Shown one piece after another: positions 8,751 through 18,504 of a stretch of 64,000 nucleotides of DNA. Positions within the stretch are counted from its first letter, which is position 1; every line of letters starts with the position of its first letter. A program made the position numbers and the translations under genes. The stretch lies in NCBI GenBank assembly GCA_017551625.1, contig JAFZLF010000020.1, positions 1,427 through 65,426 on the forward strand. The letters are read 5' to 3'. The notes under the pieces were generated by a model that was not told where the DNA came from, did not search any database, and saw nothing but the letters and a program-made list of their open reading frames with translations. This DNA comes from Clostridiales bacterium (GTDB taxonomy: Bacteria; Bacillota; Clostridia; Saccharofermentanales; Saccharofermentanaceae).

Positions 8751-11525
8751 ATGTCAGATGCCAAAAGATTACTTCTTGTAGATGGAAACAGTATCATCAA
8801 CCGTTCCTACTATGCGACAGCGGGACGGAATAATCTGACGGCACCGGACGGCACACCGACAGGCGCGGTCAATATCTATCTCAATACTCTCGCTAAGTAC
8901 ATGGAAGAGGTCGACCCGACCCATACCTGTACACTCTTTGATTTGAAGGCTCCGACTTTCCGCCATCAGGCGTACGCCGAGTATAAGGGCACGCGTAAGG
9001 GCATGCCCGAGGATCTCGCGGCCCAGATGCCTGTTCTGAAAGAAGTCCTCGACGCGATGGGTTTCCCCAGATACGAGCAGGCCGGGCTTGAAGCCGACGA
9101 CCTGATCGGTACTCTCAAGACGATGGGTGTCAACGCCGGATTCGAGGTCTATATCTTAAGCGGGGATAAGGATGACTTCCAGCTCATCGATGAGCATACG
9201 AAAATCATCATGCCGGTCACGAAGAAGGACGGATCCGGCACGGAGTACTACGATGAAGCGCTTTTCCAGGAGAGATACGGCATCCCGTCGAGAGATTTTG
9301 TCACGGCAAAAGCACTGATGGGCGACAGTTCCGATAACATCCCGGGGGTCAAAGGAATCGGTGAGAAAGGTGCGATGGATCTCGTCAGAAAATACATCAC
9401 TCTCGATGGTCTGTACGAGCATCTCGATGAATTGAGCCCGAAACTCCGTGAGAAACTGGAGACGGATAAAGAGAATGCCTACATGTCCCTGATGCTGAGT
9501 AAGATCGTCACGGACGCCGAGATCTCCATCACGCTTGATGAACTGGAAAGAAAACCGATCGATTCCGCTTCGGCGGCCGCATGTTTCTATAAGTACGGTT
9601 TCCGGAGTCAGATGAAGAAGTGGAACATCGATGAAACTGCGGTCGGGGGAGCCGTACCGGTGGTGGAAGAGTCTGCAGAAGAGAAAAACTATCCGAAACT
9701 CTCCGGCCAAAGACCGATGATCATACTGGATCAGGACGTACTGCGTGCGATCAATGAGATCCTTCCGAAGATCAAGGATACTGATCCGGTCGCCATCGAT
9801 ATGAAAGAAATCAAAGGAAAGCCGGTATTGGGACTTTCTGTTGCGCCTGATCAGGTCTATGTCTGGACGGGTATTCCGGATATCAGAGATGTACTTGGAA
9901 GTCTCGTCGGCTCAGGTGTCGGAAACAAAAGAGAGAATGCGCCGGTTCTTTACAGCGCGAAGAATCACTTCAAGCTTATCGAAGACGGTTTTCCTTTCGA
10001 TATGGTCTTCGATGTCGAGATTGCAGGCTATGTATTAAACCATATCGAGGGCACGGATCCGTCGTTTGAGATGCTGGTCGAACACAGCAGCCGTAAGCCT
10101 TTCCCGATTCTTCCCGGATACGGGGAAGTAAAAGAAGAAGGTAAGAGCAAGGGCCGCCAGCAGGATCTCTTCGCGCTGATCGACGGCATATCCGAGACAG
10201 AACAGCCCCTGACGGAAGAAGATGTGCTCGACTTTTCGTACCGGGTCCTGCTTATCCGCTGGATCTCATACTACCAGAAAGAAGAGATCGATAAGACCTC
10301 TATCGGCAAACTGATCTATGAGATCGAGATGCCGCTAGTACGCGTACTGGACCGTATGGAGAGACGGGGCGTGCTTGTAGATGTGGCGCAGATAGACGAG
10401 CTGCACCGGGAATTTGATGCGAAGGTAAGAGAACTCGAATCCGAGATATATTCCATGGCTGAAGAGGAATTTACGATTCTTTCCCCGAAACAACTGGGCA
10501 AGATCCTCTTCGAGAAACTCGGACTTCCTTCCGGCAAGAAACTCGCAAGCGGCGGGTATTCGACCAACTCCGAGGAACTCGAGAAGATCCGTGACAAGCA
10601 TCCTATCGTCGATAAGATCCTCGAATACCGTCAGATCCAGAAACTCGATTCCACTTTTGTGATGGGCCTCAAAAAGAGCATCTCCGAGAAGGACGGACGT
10701 GTACACACGACATTCAGCCAGGCCATGACGAATACGGGCCGGCTGTCATCCTCGGATCCGAATCTCCAGAATATTCCGATCCGGACGGATCTCGGCTCTC
10801 TTATCCGGAAGACCTTCGTGGCGAAAGAAGGCTATGTCCTGATCGACGCGGACTACTCCCAGATCGAACTGCGTCTCCTGGCCGCGATTTCCCATGACGA
10901 AGAAATGATCTCTTCATTCCTCGAGGGAAAAGATATCCATACTAAGACGGCCTGCGGCATCTTCGGGCTTCCGCCTGAGATGATCGATCCCGGTATGCGC
11001 GCTGCTGCCAAGCGCGTCAACTTCAGTATCGTATACGGAGTCAGCGACTACGGCCTGTCACAGGATCTCGGTGTCAGTATCTATGAGGCGCACCGCTACA
11101 TCGAAGAATACTATCGCCAGTTCCCGACGATCAAGGCATGCCTCGAGGGCTTTAAGAAGGAAGGACACGAGAAGGGCTATGTCAGTACACTCTTCGGAAG
11201 AAGAAGGATCCTTAAGGAACTGACATCGGCGAACTACAATATCCGTAGTTTCGGTGAACGTGCCGCGATGAATACGCCGATCCAGGGAACAGCGGCAGAT
11301 ATCATCAAGCTGGCGATGAATCATGTCGAAACCGCGCTTTCCGAAGCGGGACTCGATGCCCATCTGATCCTGCAGGTCCACGACGAACTGATCGTCGAGG
11401 CCAGAGAAGACATCGCGAAGCAGGCGGCGAAGATATTGCAGGATACGATGGAGAATGTAGTGAAACTGGATGTGCCGCTCCTGGCCGAGGCAAGTATCGG
11501 CCGGACATGGGCAGAAGCACACTGA
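8751..11525 (+). CDS. polA: DNA polymerase I
   Basis: 924 aa. It has an N-terminal 5'-nuclease domain (LLLVDGNSIINRSYYA, GIGEKGA) and family-A polymerase motifs (DYSQIELRLLA, QVHDELIVE). Confidence 0.97.
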   Translation: MSDAKRLLLVDGNSIINRSYYATAGRNNLTAPDGTPTGAVNIYLNTLAKYMEEVDPTHTCTLFDLKAPTFRHQAYAEYKGTRKGMPEDLAAQMPVLKEVLDAMGFPRYEQAGLEADDLIGTLKTMGVNAGFEVYILSGDKDDFQLIDEHTKIIMPVTKKDGSGTEYYDEALFQERYGIPSRDFVTAKALMGDSSDNIPGVKGIGEKGAMDLVRKYITLDGLYEHLDELSPKLREKLETDKENAYMSLMLSKIVTDAEISITLDELERKPIDSASAAACFYKYGFRSQMKKWNIDETAVGGAVPVVEESAEEKNYPKLSGQRPMIILDQDVLRAINEILPKIKDTDPVAIDMKEIKGKPVLGLSVAPDQVYVWTGIPDIRDVLGSLVGSGVGNKRENAPVLYSAKNHFKLIEDGFPFDMVFDVEIAGYVLNHIEGTDPSFEMLVEHSSRKPFPILPGYGEVKEEGKSKGRQQDLFALIDGISETEQPLTEEDVLDFSYRVLLIRWISYYQKEEIDKTSIGKLIYEIEMPLVRVLDRMERRGVLVDVAQIDELHREFDAKVRELESEIYSMAEEEFTILSPKQLGKILFEKLGLPSGKKLASGGYSTNSEELEKIRDKHPIVDKILEYRQIQKLDSTFVMGLKKSISEKDGRVHTTFSQAMTNTGRLSSSDPNLQNIPIRTDLGSLIRKTFVAKEGYVLIDADYSQIELRLLAAISHDEEMISSFLEGKDIHTKTACGIFGLPPEMIDPGMRAAAKRVNFSIVYGVSDYGLSQDLGVSIYEAHRYIEEYYRQFPTIKACLEGFKKEGHEKGYVSTLFGRRRILKELTSANYNIRSFGERAAMNTPIQGTAADIIKLAMNHVETALSEAGLDAHLILQVHDELIVEAREDIAKQAAKILQDTMENVVKLDVPLLAEASIGRTWAEAH

Positions 11526-11538
11526 TGGAGGGAAGAAG

Positions 11539-12147
11539 ATGTTTGTATTAGGCGTGACAGGTGGGATCGGAACCGGCAAAAGCACTGTATCGGGCTATTT
11601 CCGTGATAAGGGAGTCCAGGTCCTCGATGCCGACGAGATCTCCCGTCAGGTGACAGGCGTTGGCGGCGTCGCACTTCCGGAGATCGCCGAGCTCCTCGGA
11701 TCACGCGCGATCGGCAGTAACGGCGCGCTGAACAGGAAGTACGTCGCATCTCTGGTCTTCTCGGAAAAGAAAAAACTCGATAAACTGTCCTCGATCGTTC
11801 ACAGATATGTCCTGTCGACGATCGCCGAAGAGATCGCCAAGGCGGCAGAGAAAAAGGTCAAGCTCATCGTTCTCGATGTGCCGATTCCCGTAAAACACGG
11901 ATTCGTCGATGTGTGTAATCAGATCCTCGTGGTCAGCAGCAGTGACGAGATCCGACTCGAAAGGCTTGTTCTCCGCGGTATGGACAGAGATGACGCCAGA
12001 AAAAGAATGGCCATGCAGATGACCCGGGAAGAATACGAGGAACTGGGTGACCGCGTCCTGATCAATGACGGCACGATCGAAGAACTGTATGCGCAGATCG
12101 ATCAGTATGTCAAGGAAGAACTCAACGAGCGGGGGATCAGGCTATGA
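11539..12147 (+). CDS. coaE: Dephospho-CoA kinase
   Basis: MFVLGVTGGIGTGKSTV P-loop. I chose the ATG at 11539 (GGAGGGAAG RBS) rather than ORF-track 11470, which would overlap polA. Confidence 0.9.
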   Translation: MFVLGVTGGIGTGKSTVSGYFRDKGVQVLDADEISRQVTGVGGVALPEIAELLGSRAIGSNGALNRKYVASLVFSEKKKLDKLSSIVHRYVLSTIAEEIAKAAEKKVKLIVLDVPIPVKHGFVDVCNQILVVSSSDEIRLERLVLRGMDRDDARKRMAMQMTREEYEELGDRVLINDGTIEELYAQIDQYVKEELNERGIRL

Positions 12148-12473
12148 ACGCATCACTCATCGTTTCCGGTGCTTTTGCCGCGGTATCTGTGATCGCGGTC
12201 GTGCTTTGCTTCACGGTCCTTCGGAAATATACTTTCCATAAGATACTGGGAGCTTCGACATGTGTATACGCGTCAGCCTGCTTCTTTATTTTCCTGATCG
12301 GAGTGTTTCGTGAAGATGTGCCCACGCTATTTTTCATTCTGGCGGATATCCTCTCTACTTTTGTTGCGGCGATGATCTCGGTCGTGATCGTTATTCTGAT
12401 GAAGCAGATGGCCGCGTCGTCTGCAGGTGAAGAAAAGAGCGGGGCACAGGCGGAAAACGGAAAGAACGAGTGA
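12144..12473 (+). CDS. Small membrane protein (3 TM segments), hypothetical
   Basis: 109 aa and hydrophobic. An ATGA overlap with the coaE stop suggests translational coupling. Confidence 0.55.
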   Translation: MNASLIVSGAFAAVSVIAVVLCFTVLRKYTFHKILGASTCVYASACFFIFLIGVFREDVPTLFFILADILSTFVAAMISVVIVILMKQMAASSAGEEKSGAQAENGKNE

Positions 12474-12500
12474 ATCTTTTGACATCAGGGGAGGTACGGT

Positions 12501-14402
12501 ATGGGATTTGGTGGTCCGGGACCGATGAGGATGGGACCGAGAGGTTTTCTCACGGAAGAAGAAAAGAAGAATAAGCCGAAGGTCGATAAGAAGCTCCTGA
12601 AGCGTATCGCCTCCTACATGAAGCCGTACCGGCTGCAGTTCGCGATGGTCATCTTCTCGATCCTCCTTTCTGCCGTAGTCGGACTTTTTCCGTCGATCAT
12701 CACCGGAAGAATCGTGGACAAGGCTCTCCTCGGCGACGACATGGGACTTCTGATCAAGCTCCTGATTGCGGCATTTATCGCACTGACGGCTTCGCAGGTC
12801 ATCAGTGTTGTCGAGAGCTACATCAATGCATGGATCTCCCAGCGCATCATCTTCGACATGAAAAACGAGATGTATAGGCATCTGCAGTGGATGCCGCACA
12901 GTTTCTTTACGACGGAGAAACAGGGTGACATCATTACCCGCATGAATACCGATATTTCGGGAGTCAGCTCCGTCATATCCAATACTTTATCGAGCTGCGT
13001 GAATAATGTTGCGACGGTCGTAACGACACTGGTCGCACTCTTTATGATGAGTGTGCCGCTCGCTTTTGTCGGTATCCTGATCATCCCGCTTCTGATCCTG
13101 CCGACCAGAAATGTCGGAAGAAACCGGTATAAACTCCTGACGAAGACACAGGAGAAGAATGATGAACTCAATCAGGTCATCAACGAGACACTGTCCGTAT
13201 CAGGATCCATGCTCGTCAAGCTCTTTACCCGAGAGGACAAAGAATATGAGAATTTTGTCGAGGTCAACGAGCAGGTGACGAAGCTCTCTCTTAAGGAACA
13301 ACGAAGCGGTAAGTGGTTCCGAGTCATGATGGGTATGTTTACCCAGGTCGGTCCGCTCCTCATCTACTTCGCAGGTGGTGTCTGTCTCATCAAGAAATAC
13401 GATCCGAACCTGTCAGTCGGTGTCGTCACGGCGACTGTTGCCCTCATTAACCGGCTCTACCGCCCGGTTGAGTCCCTCATGAATCTGGGTGTCGATTTCA
13501 CGAGATCTCTCGCTCTTTTCACCCGTATCTTCGACTATTTTGACCGAGAGAACCCGTTGAAATCTCCGGAAAACGGCAAGAAACCGGACGTGGCGAATAA
13601 GGATATCGTCTATGATCATGTGAAGTTCTCCTATACACCGGAAAAAGAACTGCTCACGGATGTTTCCTTTACCGTTCCGGGTGGTAAGATGTATGCGATC
13701 GTCGGTCCTTCCGGCTCGGGTAAGTCCACAGTCGTCAACTTCATCCCGCGCCTCTACGATGTCCTCGAGGGCAGTGTAAAGATTGCTGGCGTGGATGTAA
13801 GGGATTTCGATCTTACTTACCTGCGGCAGCAGATCGGTGTCGTCACGCAGGATACCTATCTCTTTAACGGTACCATCAAGGAGAATCTTCTCTATGCGAA
13901 GGACGATGCGACAGATGAAGAGATCGAGAAAGCCTGTAAGATAGCCAGCATACACGAATTCATAAGTAAGCAGCCGGAAGGGTATGATACGATGGTCGGA
14001 AACCGCGGACTGAAACTGTCGGGAGGTGAGAAGCAGCGTATCAGTATCGCTCGGGTTATCCTCAAAGACCCGAAGATCCTGATCCTCGATGAGGCCACAA
14101 GTGCGCTCGATTCTATCTCCGAGAACGCGATTTCCGAGGCTCTTGAATTGCTGATGCAGAACAGAACTTCCATCGTCATCGCGCATAGATTATCGACGAT
14201 CATGAAGGCGGAGAAGATCGTCGTGATTGCTGACGGACATGTCGCCGAGCTCGGCACCCATCAGGAACTTCTCGAGAAGAACGGTATTTACAGAGATCTG
14301 TACGAGACACAGTTCCGTCAGGTCCTCGATATGCAGGAATTGGAGAAGAAAGAAGAACCGGAGTGGGAAGGCAAGAATATGACGCAGAATGACGTCTATT
14401 AA
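12501..14402 (+). CDS. ABC exporter, fused permease/ATPase (MsbA/multidrug-type half transporter)
   Basis: 633 aa. It has a six-TM N-terminal half, Walker A GPSGSGKST, signature LSGGEKQR and Walker B ILILDEATSALD. The RBS is GGGGAGG. Confidence 0.9.
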   Translation: MGFGGPGPMRMGPRGFLTEEEKKNKPKVDKKLLKRIASYMKPYRLQFAMVIFSILLSAVVGLFPSIITGRIVDKALLGDDMGLLIKLLIAAFIALTASQVISVVESYINAWISQRIIFDMKNEMYRHLQWMPHSFFTTEKQGDIITRMNTDISGVSSVISNTLSSCVNNVATVVTTLVALFMMSVPLAFVGILIIPLLILPTRNVGRNRYKLLTKTQEKNDELNQVINETLSVSGSMLVKLFTREDKEYENFVEVNEQVTKLSLKEQRSGKWFRVMMGMFTQVGPLLIYFAGGVCLIKKYDPNLSVGVVTATVALINRLYRPVESLMNLGVDFTRSLALFTRIFDYFDRENPLKSPENGKKPDVANKDIVYDHVKFSYTPEKELLTDVSFTVPGGKMYAIVGPSGSGKSTVVNFIPRLYDVLEGSVKIAGVDVRDFDLTYLRQQIGVVTQDTYLFNGTIKENLLYAKDDATDEEIEKACKIASIHEFISKQPEGYDTMVGNRGLKLSGGEKQRISIARVILKDPKILILDEATSALDSISENAISEALELLMQNRTSIVIAHRLSTIMKAEKIVVIADGHVAELGTHQELLEKNGIYRDLYETQFRQVLDMQELEKKEEPEWEGKNMTQNDVY

Positions 14403-14403
14403 G

Positions 14404-15495
14404 TTAGACGTTGAAACGGAAGAGAACGACGTCTCCATCTTTCATGACGTATTCCTTACCTTCGGATCTTACCAGTCCTTTTTCCTTAGCGGCAGTATAA
14501 GTTCCACATGCCATCAGGTCGTCAAAAGCAACCACTTCCGCGCGAATGAAGCCGCGCTCGAAGTCGGAGTGGATCTTACCTGCGGCCTGCGGCGCCTTGG
14601 TGCCGTTCTTGATGGTCCAGGCGCGGACTTCCTGCGGACCGGCGGTCAGGTAAGAGATGAGTCCCAGAAGCTTATAACTTGCCTGGATCATCTTATCGAG
14701 ACCCGACTGGGAAAGACCAAGCTCTTCAAGGAACATCGCTTTTTCCTCCGGATCGAGCATCGCGATCTCTTCTTCGATCTTCGCGGAGATAACGACGCAT
14801 TCCTCGCCGGAGCGGGAAGCAATCTCCTGAACGGTCTTCACATAGGCGATATCCGGATTTGAAATATCACTCTCGGCGATGTTGGCTACATAGAGGACCG
14901 GCTTTAAGGTAAGAAGTGCCAGATCCTTTACAAATTCCATCTCTTCCTCGTCGAAGGTGAGAGAACGGGCAGGCTTTTCCTCTTCGAGAACCTTGGCGAT
15001 CTTCTCGTAGCAGTCGAGCTCCGCCTGGAACTTCTTATCGCCGCCCTTCATCATCTTTCTGACTTTATCGAGACGACGGTCCATATATTCCATATCGGAA
15101 AGGATCAGTTCGAGCTCGATCGTCTCGATATCACGCTTCGGATCCGCGCCACCGTCTACGTGTACGACATTGGAATCGTCGAAACAGCGTACGACATGTA
15201 CGATCGCATCGACTTCGCGGATGTTCGCGAGGAACTTATTGCCTAAACCCTCGCCTTTGCTCGCACCACGGACAAGACCGGCGATATCCACAAATTCGAT
15301 CACGGCCGGAGTATATTTCTCGGGGTTATACATCTTCGCAAGTTCGTCCAGACGGCTGTCCGGAACAGAAACGACACCGACGTTCGGCTCGATCGTACAG
15401 AAAGGATAGTTCGCGGACTCCGCGCCCGCCTTCGTGATGGCGTTAAAAAGTGTGCTTTTGCCGACATTCGGCAAACCTACGATTCCGAGTTTCAT
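14404..15495 (-). CDS. ychF: Redox-regulated ribosome-binding ATPase YchF
   Basis: 363 aa. MKLGIVGLPNVGKSTLFNA and the C-terminal TGS-like domain are present, with the ending typical of YchF (GKEYVMKDGDVVLFRFNV). Confidence 0.96.
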   Translation of the reverse strand: MKLGIVGLPNVGKSTLFNAITKAGAESANYPFCTIEPNVGVVSVPDSRLDELAKMYNPEKYTPAVIEFVDIAGLVRGASKGEGLGNKFLANIREVDAIVHVVRCFDDSNVVHVDGGADPKRDIETIELELILSDMEYMDRRLDKVRKMMKGGDKKFQAELDCYEKIAKVLEEEKPARSLTFDEEEMEFVKDLALLTLKPVLYVANIAESDISNPDIAYVKTVQEIASRSGEECVVISAKIEEEIAMLDPEEKAMFLEELGLSQSGLDKMIQASYKLLGLISYLTAGPQEVRAWTIKNGTKAPQAAGKIHSDFERGFIRAEVVAFDDLMACGTYTAAKEKGLVRSEGKEYVMKDGDVVLFRFNV

Positions 15496-15703
15496 GATGG
15501 ATAAGCCTCCTAAAGCTGATATGTCTATATGTGTTTCTTCTCTTTATATCTAATCAACAACGACGAATTATACCATATTTACTCTATTTCAGAAAGAATC
15601 GACAATCCTCGTCATTTTGTCGATATTTGTCGAAAAGAACTACGGATATGTACAGGAATCTGCGTTAAGATGTCGTAAAACAAGAAGTCAAAGAGGTAGA
15701 TAT

Positions 15704-17284
15704 ATGGGACAGGCAGTCACGCGTAATGCGAAAGTGAAGACACTCTATCTTCAGGGGCTGGAAGGAAATATAGCTGAGGTGGAGGCGTCGATTTTCCCGG
15801 GTCTTCCGAGTTTCGAGGTTGTCGGCCTCGGTGATTCATCCATACGCGAAGCGAAAGAACGGGTGCGCGCCAGTATCCGGTCATGTGGTTTCACTTTTCC
15901 GAACCAGCGTCTACTGGTGAATATATCTCCGGCGTATCTTCATAAATCAGGATCTTCCTTCGATCTGGCCATCGCGATGGCAATCCTTCTTGCTTCCGGA
16001 CAGGTGACCACCCAGGCGATGAATATCGTGATCTACGGGGAACTGTCATTGGTAGGACAGGTGCGGCCTGTTCCGGGCTCGATCTCGAGACTTCTGTGTC
16101 TGGAGACGATAGACGACACAGTACTTTGCATCGTTCCTTCCAAGGATATGGATGAAGCCGGGCTGCTGGGCTGTGATGTGTATGGCGTGGATACGCTTCA
16201 GGAGGCGATTTCGATTATTTCCGGAGATAAGGGAGAGGCAGAGATCCGGCATGTAGTCTCGGATGAGCCGGGGCAGCTACTGGATCCGCTGCCTGATCCG
16301 CAGACGGATATCTCAGCCCTTCGCGGGCAACCGGATGCCGAGCGGGCGATCGTACTTGCCGCATCCGGCTTTCACAACATGCTCCTGGTCGGTTCACCCG
16401 GGACAGGGAAATCACTGTCGGCGAAGATCCTTCAGGGTATACTTCCTCCACTTTCAAGGGAGGAAAAGATCGAACTTCTCCGTGTGGAGAGTGCGCTGTC
16501 TGTCTTATCGAAGGAAGATATCGCTTCCGGTGCGCGCCCCTTCCGGTATGTGCATCATACCTGCACGCCGACAGCTATGGTCGGAGGCGGGAGGAATGCT
16601 TCTCCGGGGGAGATATCGCGGGCTCTTCACGGGATCCTCTTTCTAGATGAGCTTCCTGAGTTTACACCACATGTCCTTGATCTTCTTCGGGTTCCGATCG
16701 AAAGCGGTGAGATGGTCATCTCGAGAAACAACTGTACTAATGTCTTTCCTGCGCGGTTTATGCTGGTGGCCGCCATGAACCCGTGCCGATGCGGCAAGTG
16801 TATGGAGTCTCCTTCCGAGTGCACCTGTACGCCGTCCATGATCGCCAGTTATCAGGGGAAAGTCAGCGGGGCGCTCCTTGACCGGATGGATATATCGTGC
16901 ACGCTGAACCATATTTCGGAAGAGTCCTTACTTGAGACGATGAAGGGAGACTTCGAACTGCAGAGTATGTCCTGGCGCAGAAGGATCGAAGAAATATGGG
17001 AGAGACAATATGAAAGATGTGATGAAGCCGGGATCGCGCGGTGCAGAAACGGGGAGATGCGGGAGAAGAATCTCGGGGAGATCTTCCGGCTGGGACAGAA
17101 ACAGATGGAGTATGCAGCTATGGCGGCGCATCAGCTCCAGCTCTCCGTAAGAGGACTTCAGCGTGTGGTAAGGCTTGCCCGCACGGTGGCGGATCTTGAT
17201 GAGAAGAAAGATGTGGAGTGTGAGCATATCGTCGAGGCGATTTCATTTCGCCTGCCCCAGTGGGGAAGTAACAGAGGAGGATAA
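15704..17284 (+). CDS. yifB: YifB/ComM family Mg-chelatase-like AAA+ ATPase
   Basis: It has a Lon-protease-like N-terminal domain, Walker A LVGSPGTGKS and GILFLDELPEF. I chose the ATG at 15704 (AAGAGG RBS, 7-nt spacing) over the upstream in-frame ATG at 15617. Confidence 0.9.
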   Translation: MGQAVTRNAKVKTLYLQGLEGNIAEVEASIFPGLPSFEVVGLGDSSIREAKERVRASIRSCGFTFPNQRLLVNISPAYLHKSGSSFDLAIAMAILLASGQVTTQAMNIVIYGELSLVGQVRPVPGSISRLLCLETIDDTVLCIVPSKDMDEAGLLGCDVYGVDTLQEAISIISGDKGEAEIRHVVSDEPGQLLDPLPDPQTDISALRGQPDAERAIVLAASGFHNMLLVGSPGTGKSLSAKILQGILPPLSREEKIELLRVESALSVLSKEDIASGARPFRYVHHTCTPTAMVGGGRNASPGEISRALHGILFLDELPEFTPHVLDLLRVPIESGEMVISRNNCTNVFPARFMLVAAMNPCRCGKCMESPSECTCTPSMIASYQGKVSGALLDRMDISCTLNHISEESLLETMKGDFELQSMSWRRRIEEIWERQYERCDEAGIARCRNGEMREKNLGEIFRLGQKQMEYAAMAAHQLQLSVRGLQRVVRLARTVADLDEKKDVECEHIVEAISFRLPQWGSNRGG

Positions 17285-17286
17285 AC

Positions 17287-18456
17287 ATGGATGGAAAACT
17301 GAAAGCAGATCTGTTCTGTTCGCTACTGATGGCCAGACACATCATGACGGGAAGTCAGATCAAAAGAATTATGGAAGAAGAGGATATCCCATCCGTAGAG
17401 GCCTTTTATGAAGAGCATAAAAGATTCATGGATGAGGAGCATATATCTGCTGAGCAGAAGGAAAACTGGGAAAAGTTTACTTCGAGTGATGCCTATCTGA
17501 GGATCGACGAGTATGTCGAATATGTATCGGCCAGAGAGATACGTTCGATCAACCGTCTCGATCCGGTCTATCCGGAATATATGCAGTGTCTGCCGAATAT
17601 GCCGCTGATCCTCTATTATCGTGGTGATCTTTCTCTTCTTGAGAAGAAAAGGCCTCGCGTCTGTATTGTCGGCACGAGACGGCCGTCTGTATATGGAAGA
17701 AGAGTTACGCGTGACTTCAGTAAGAAGATCTCGATGCATGGAGTCGCTGTCGTAAGTGGAATGGCCAGAGGTGTGGACAGCTGTGCCCATGAAGAATGTC
17801 TCTCGTGCGGGGGGAAGACGATCGCGGTCATGCCCTGCGGGCTCGACCGGATCTACCCGAAGGAGAACCGGGAGCTGTATGAGAGGATCGCACGAGAGGG
17901 CCTTCTCCTTTCAGAGCTTCTTCCGGGTACGGAGCCGATCCGGCAGTACTTCCCGGCAAGAAACAGGATCCTTGCCGCGATCTCGGATGCCGTTGTGATC
18001 ACGGAAGCCGGGAAACTGAGCGGGACGCTTCATACGGCGAGCTTTGCAGCCGCGCAGGGGAGGGAAGTATTTGCCGTTCCCAGTACCATCTACTCGGAGA
18101 CGGCAGAAGGAAATCTGGCGCTTCTTAAGGACGGGGCGACGGTTGCGACTGAACCGGAGGATGTTCTCGCCTTCCTGGCTCATGTTGTTTTCTTCCGTGA
18201 AATGGAGGAGATCCGGGACCAGTGTTATCAGAAACAACTGAAAGAGAAGATCGAGTCCTCTCCGGAAACGATCACTTCATCGGAGATCCGAAAAATCATC
18301 ATGGATATGCTGGCCGTATCCGGAGTCAGTACGGATGAGATGGTTAAAGAGAGCGGTCTGCCTTACCGTATGCTCGTTTGCGAACTGGGAAAGATGGAAC
18401 TGGAGGGGATAATCGCGAAAGATGGGAACAAATATGTTTTGACAATTCGCGTTTAA
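17287..18456 (+). CDS. dprA: DNA-processing protein DprA (Smf)
   Basis: 389 aa. The Rossmann-like core carries VVSGMARGVDSCAHE and FPARNRILA motifs. It sits in the conserved position before topA. Confidence 0.92.
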   Translation: MDGKLKADLFCSLLMARHIMTGSQIKRIMEEEDIPSVEAFYEEHKRFMDEEHISAEQKENWEKFTSSDAYLRIDEYVEYVSAREIRSINRLDPVYPEYMQCLPNMPLILYYRGDLSLLEKKRPRVCIVGTRRPSVYGRRVTRDFSKKISMHGVAVVSGMARGVDSCAHEECLSCGGKTIAVMPCGLDRIYPKENRELYERIAREGLLLSELLPGTEPIRQYFPARNRILAAISDAVVITEAGKLSGTLHTASFAAAQGREVFAVPSTIYSETAEGNLALLKDGATVATEPEDVLAFLAHVVFFREMEEIRDQCYQKQLKEKIESSPETITSSEIRKIIMDMLAVSGVSTDEMVKESGLPYRMLVCELGKMELEGIIAKDGNKYVLTIRV

Positions 18457-18504
18457 TGAATTATATATAAATACTGTCAGATAAATCGACAGGAGAAAGA
18501 AAGC

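Noticed and set aside
11470-11538. N-terminal extensions given by the ORF track for coaE (11470), trmFO (20570), yifB (15617), yqeG (47312), metY (42093), DUF4867 (43464) and the lipoprotein (44470).
   Set aside because: The extensions overlap upstream genes or lack an RBS. Internal ATGs preceded by GGAGG-like sites coincide with the conserved N-termini of the respective families.
14389-14862. A 157-aa + strand ORF directly after the ABC transporter gene.
   Set aside because: It is antisense to the highly conserved ychF gene and has no RBS or recognisable motifs.
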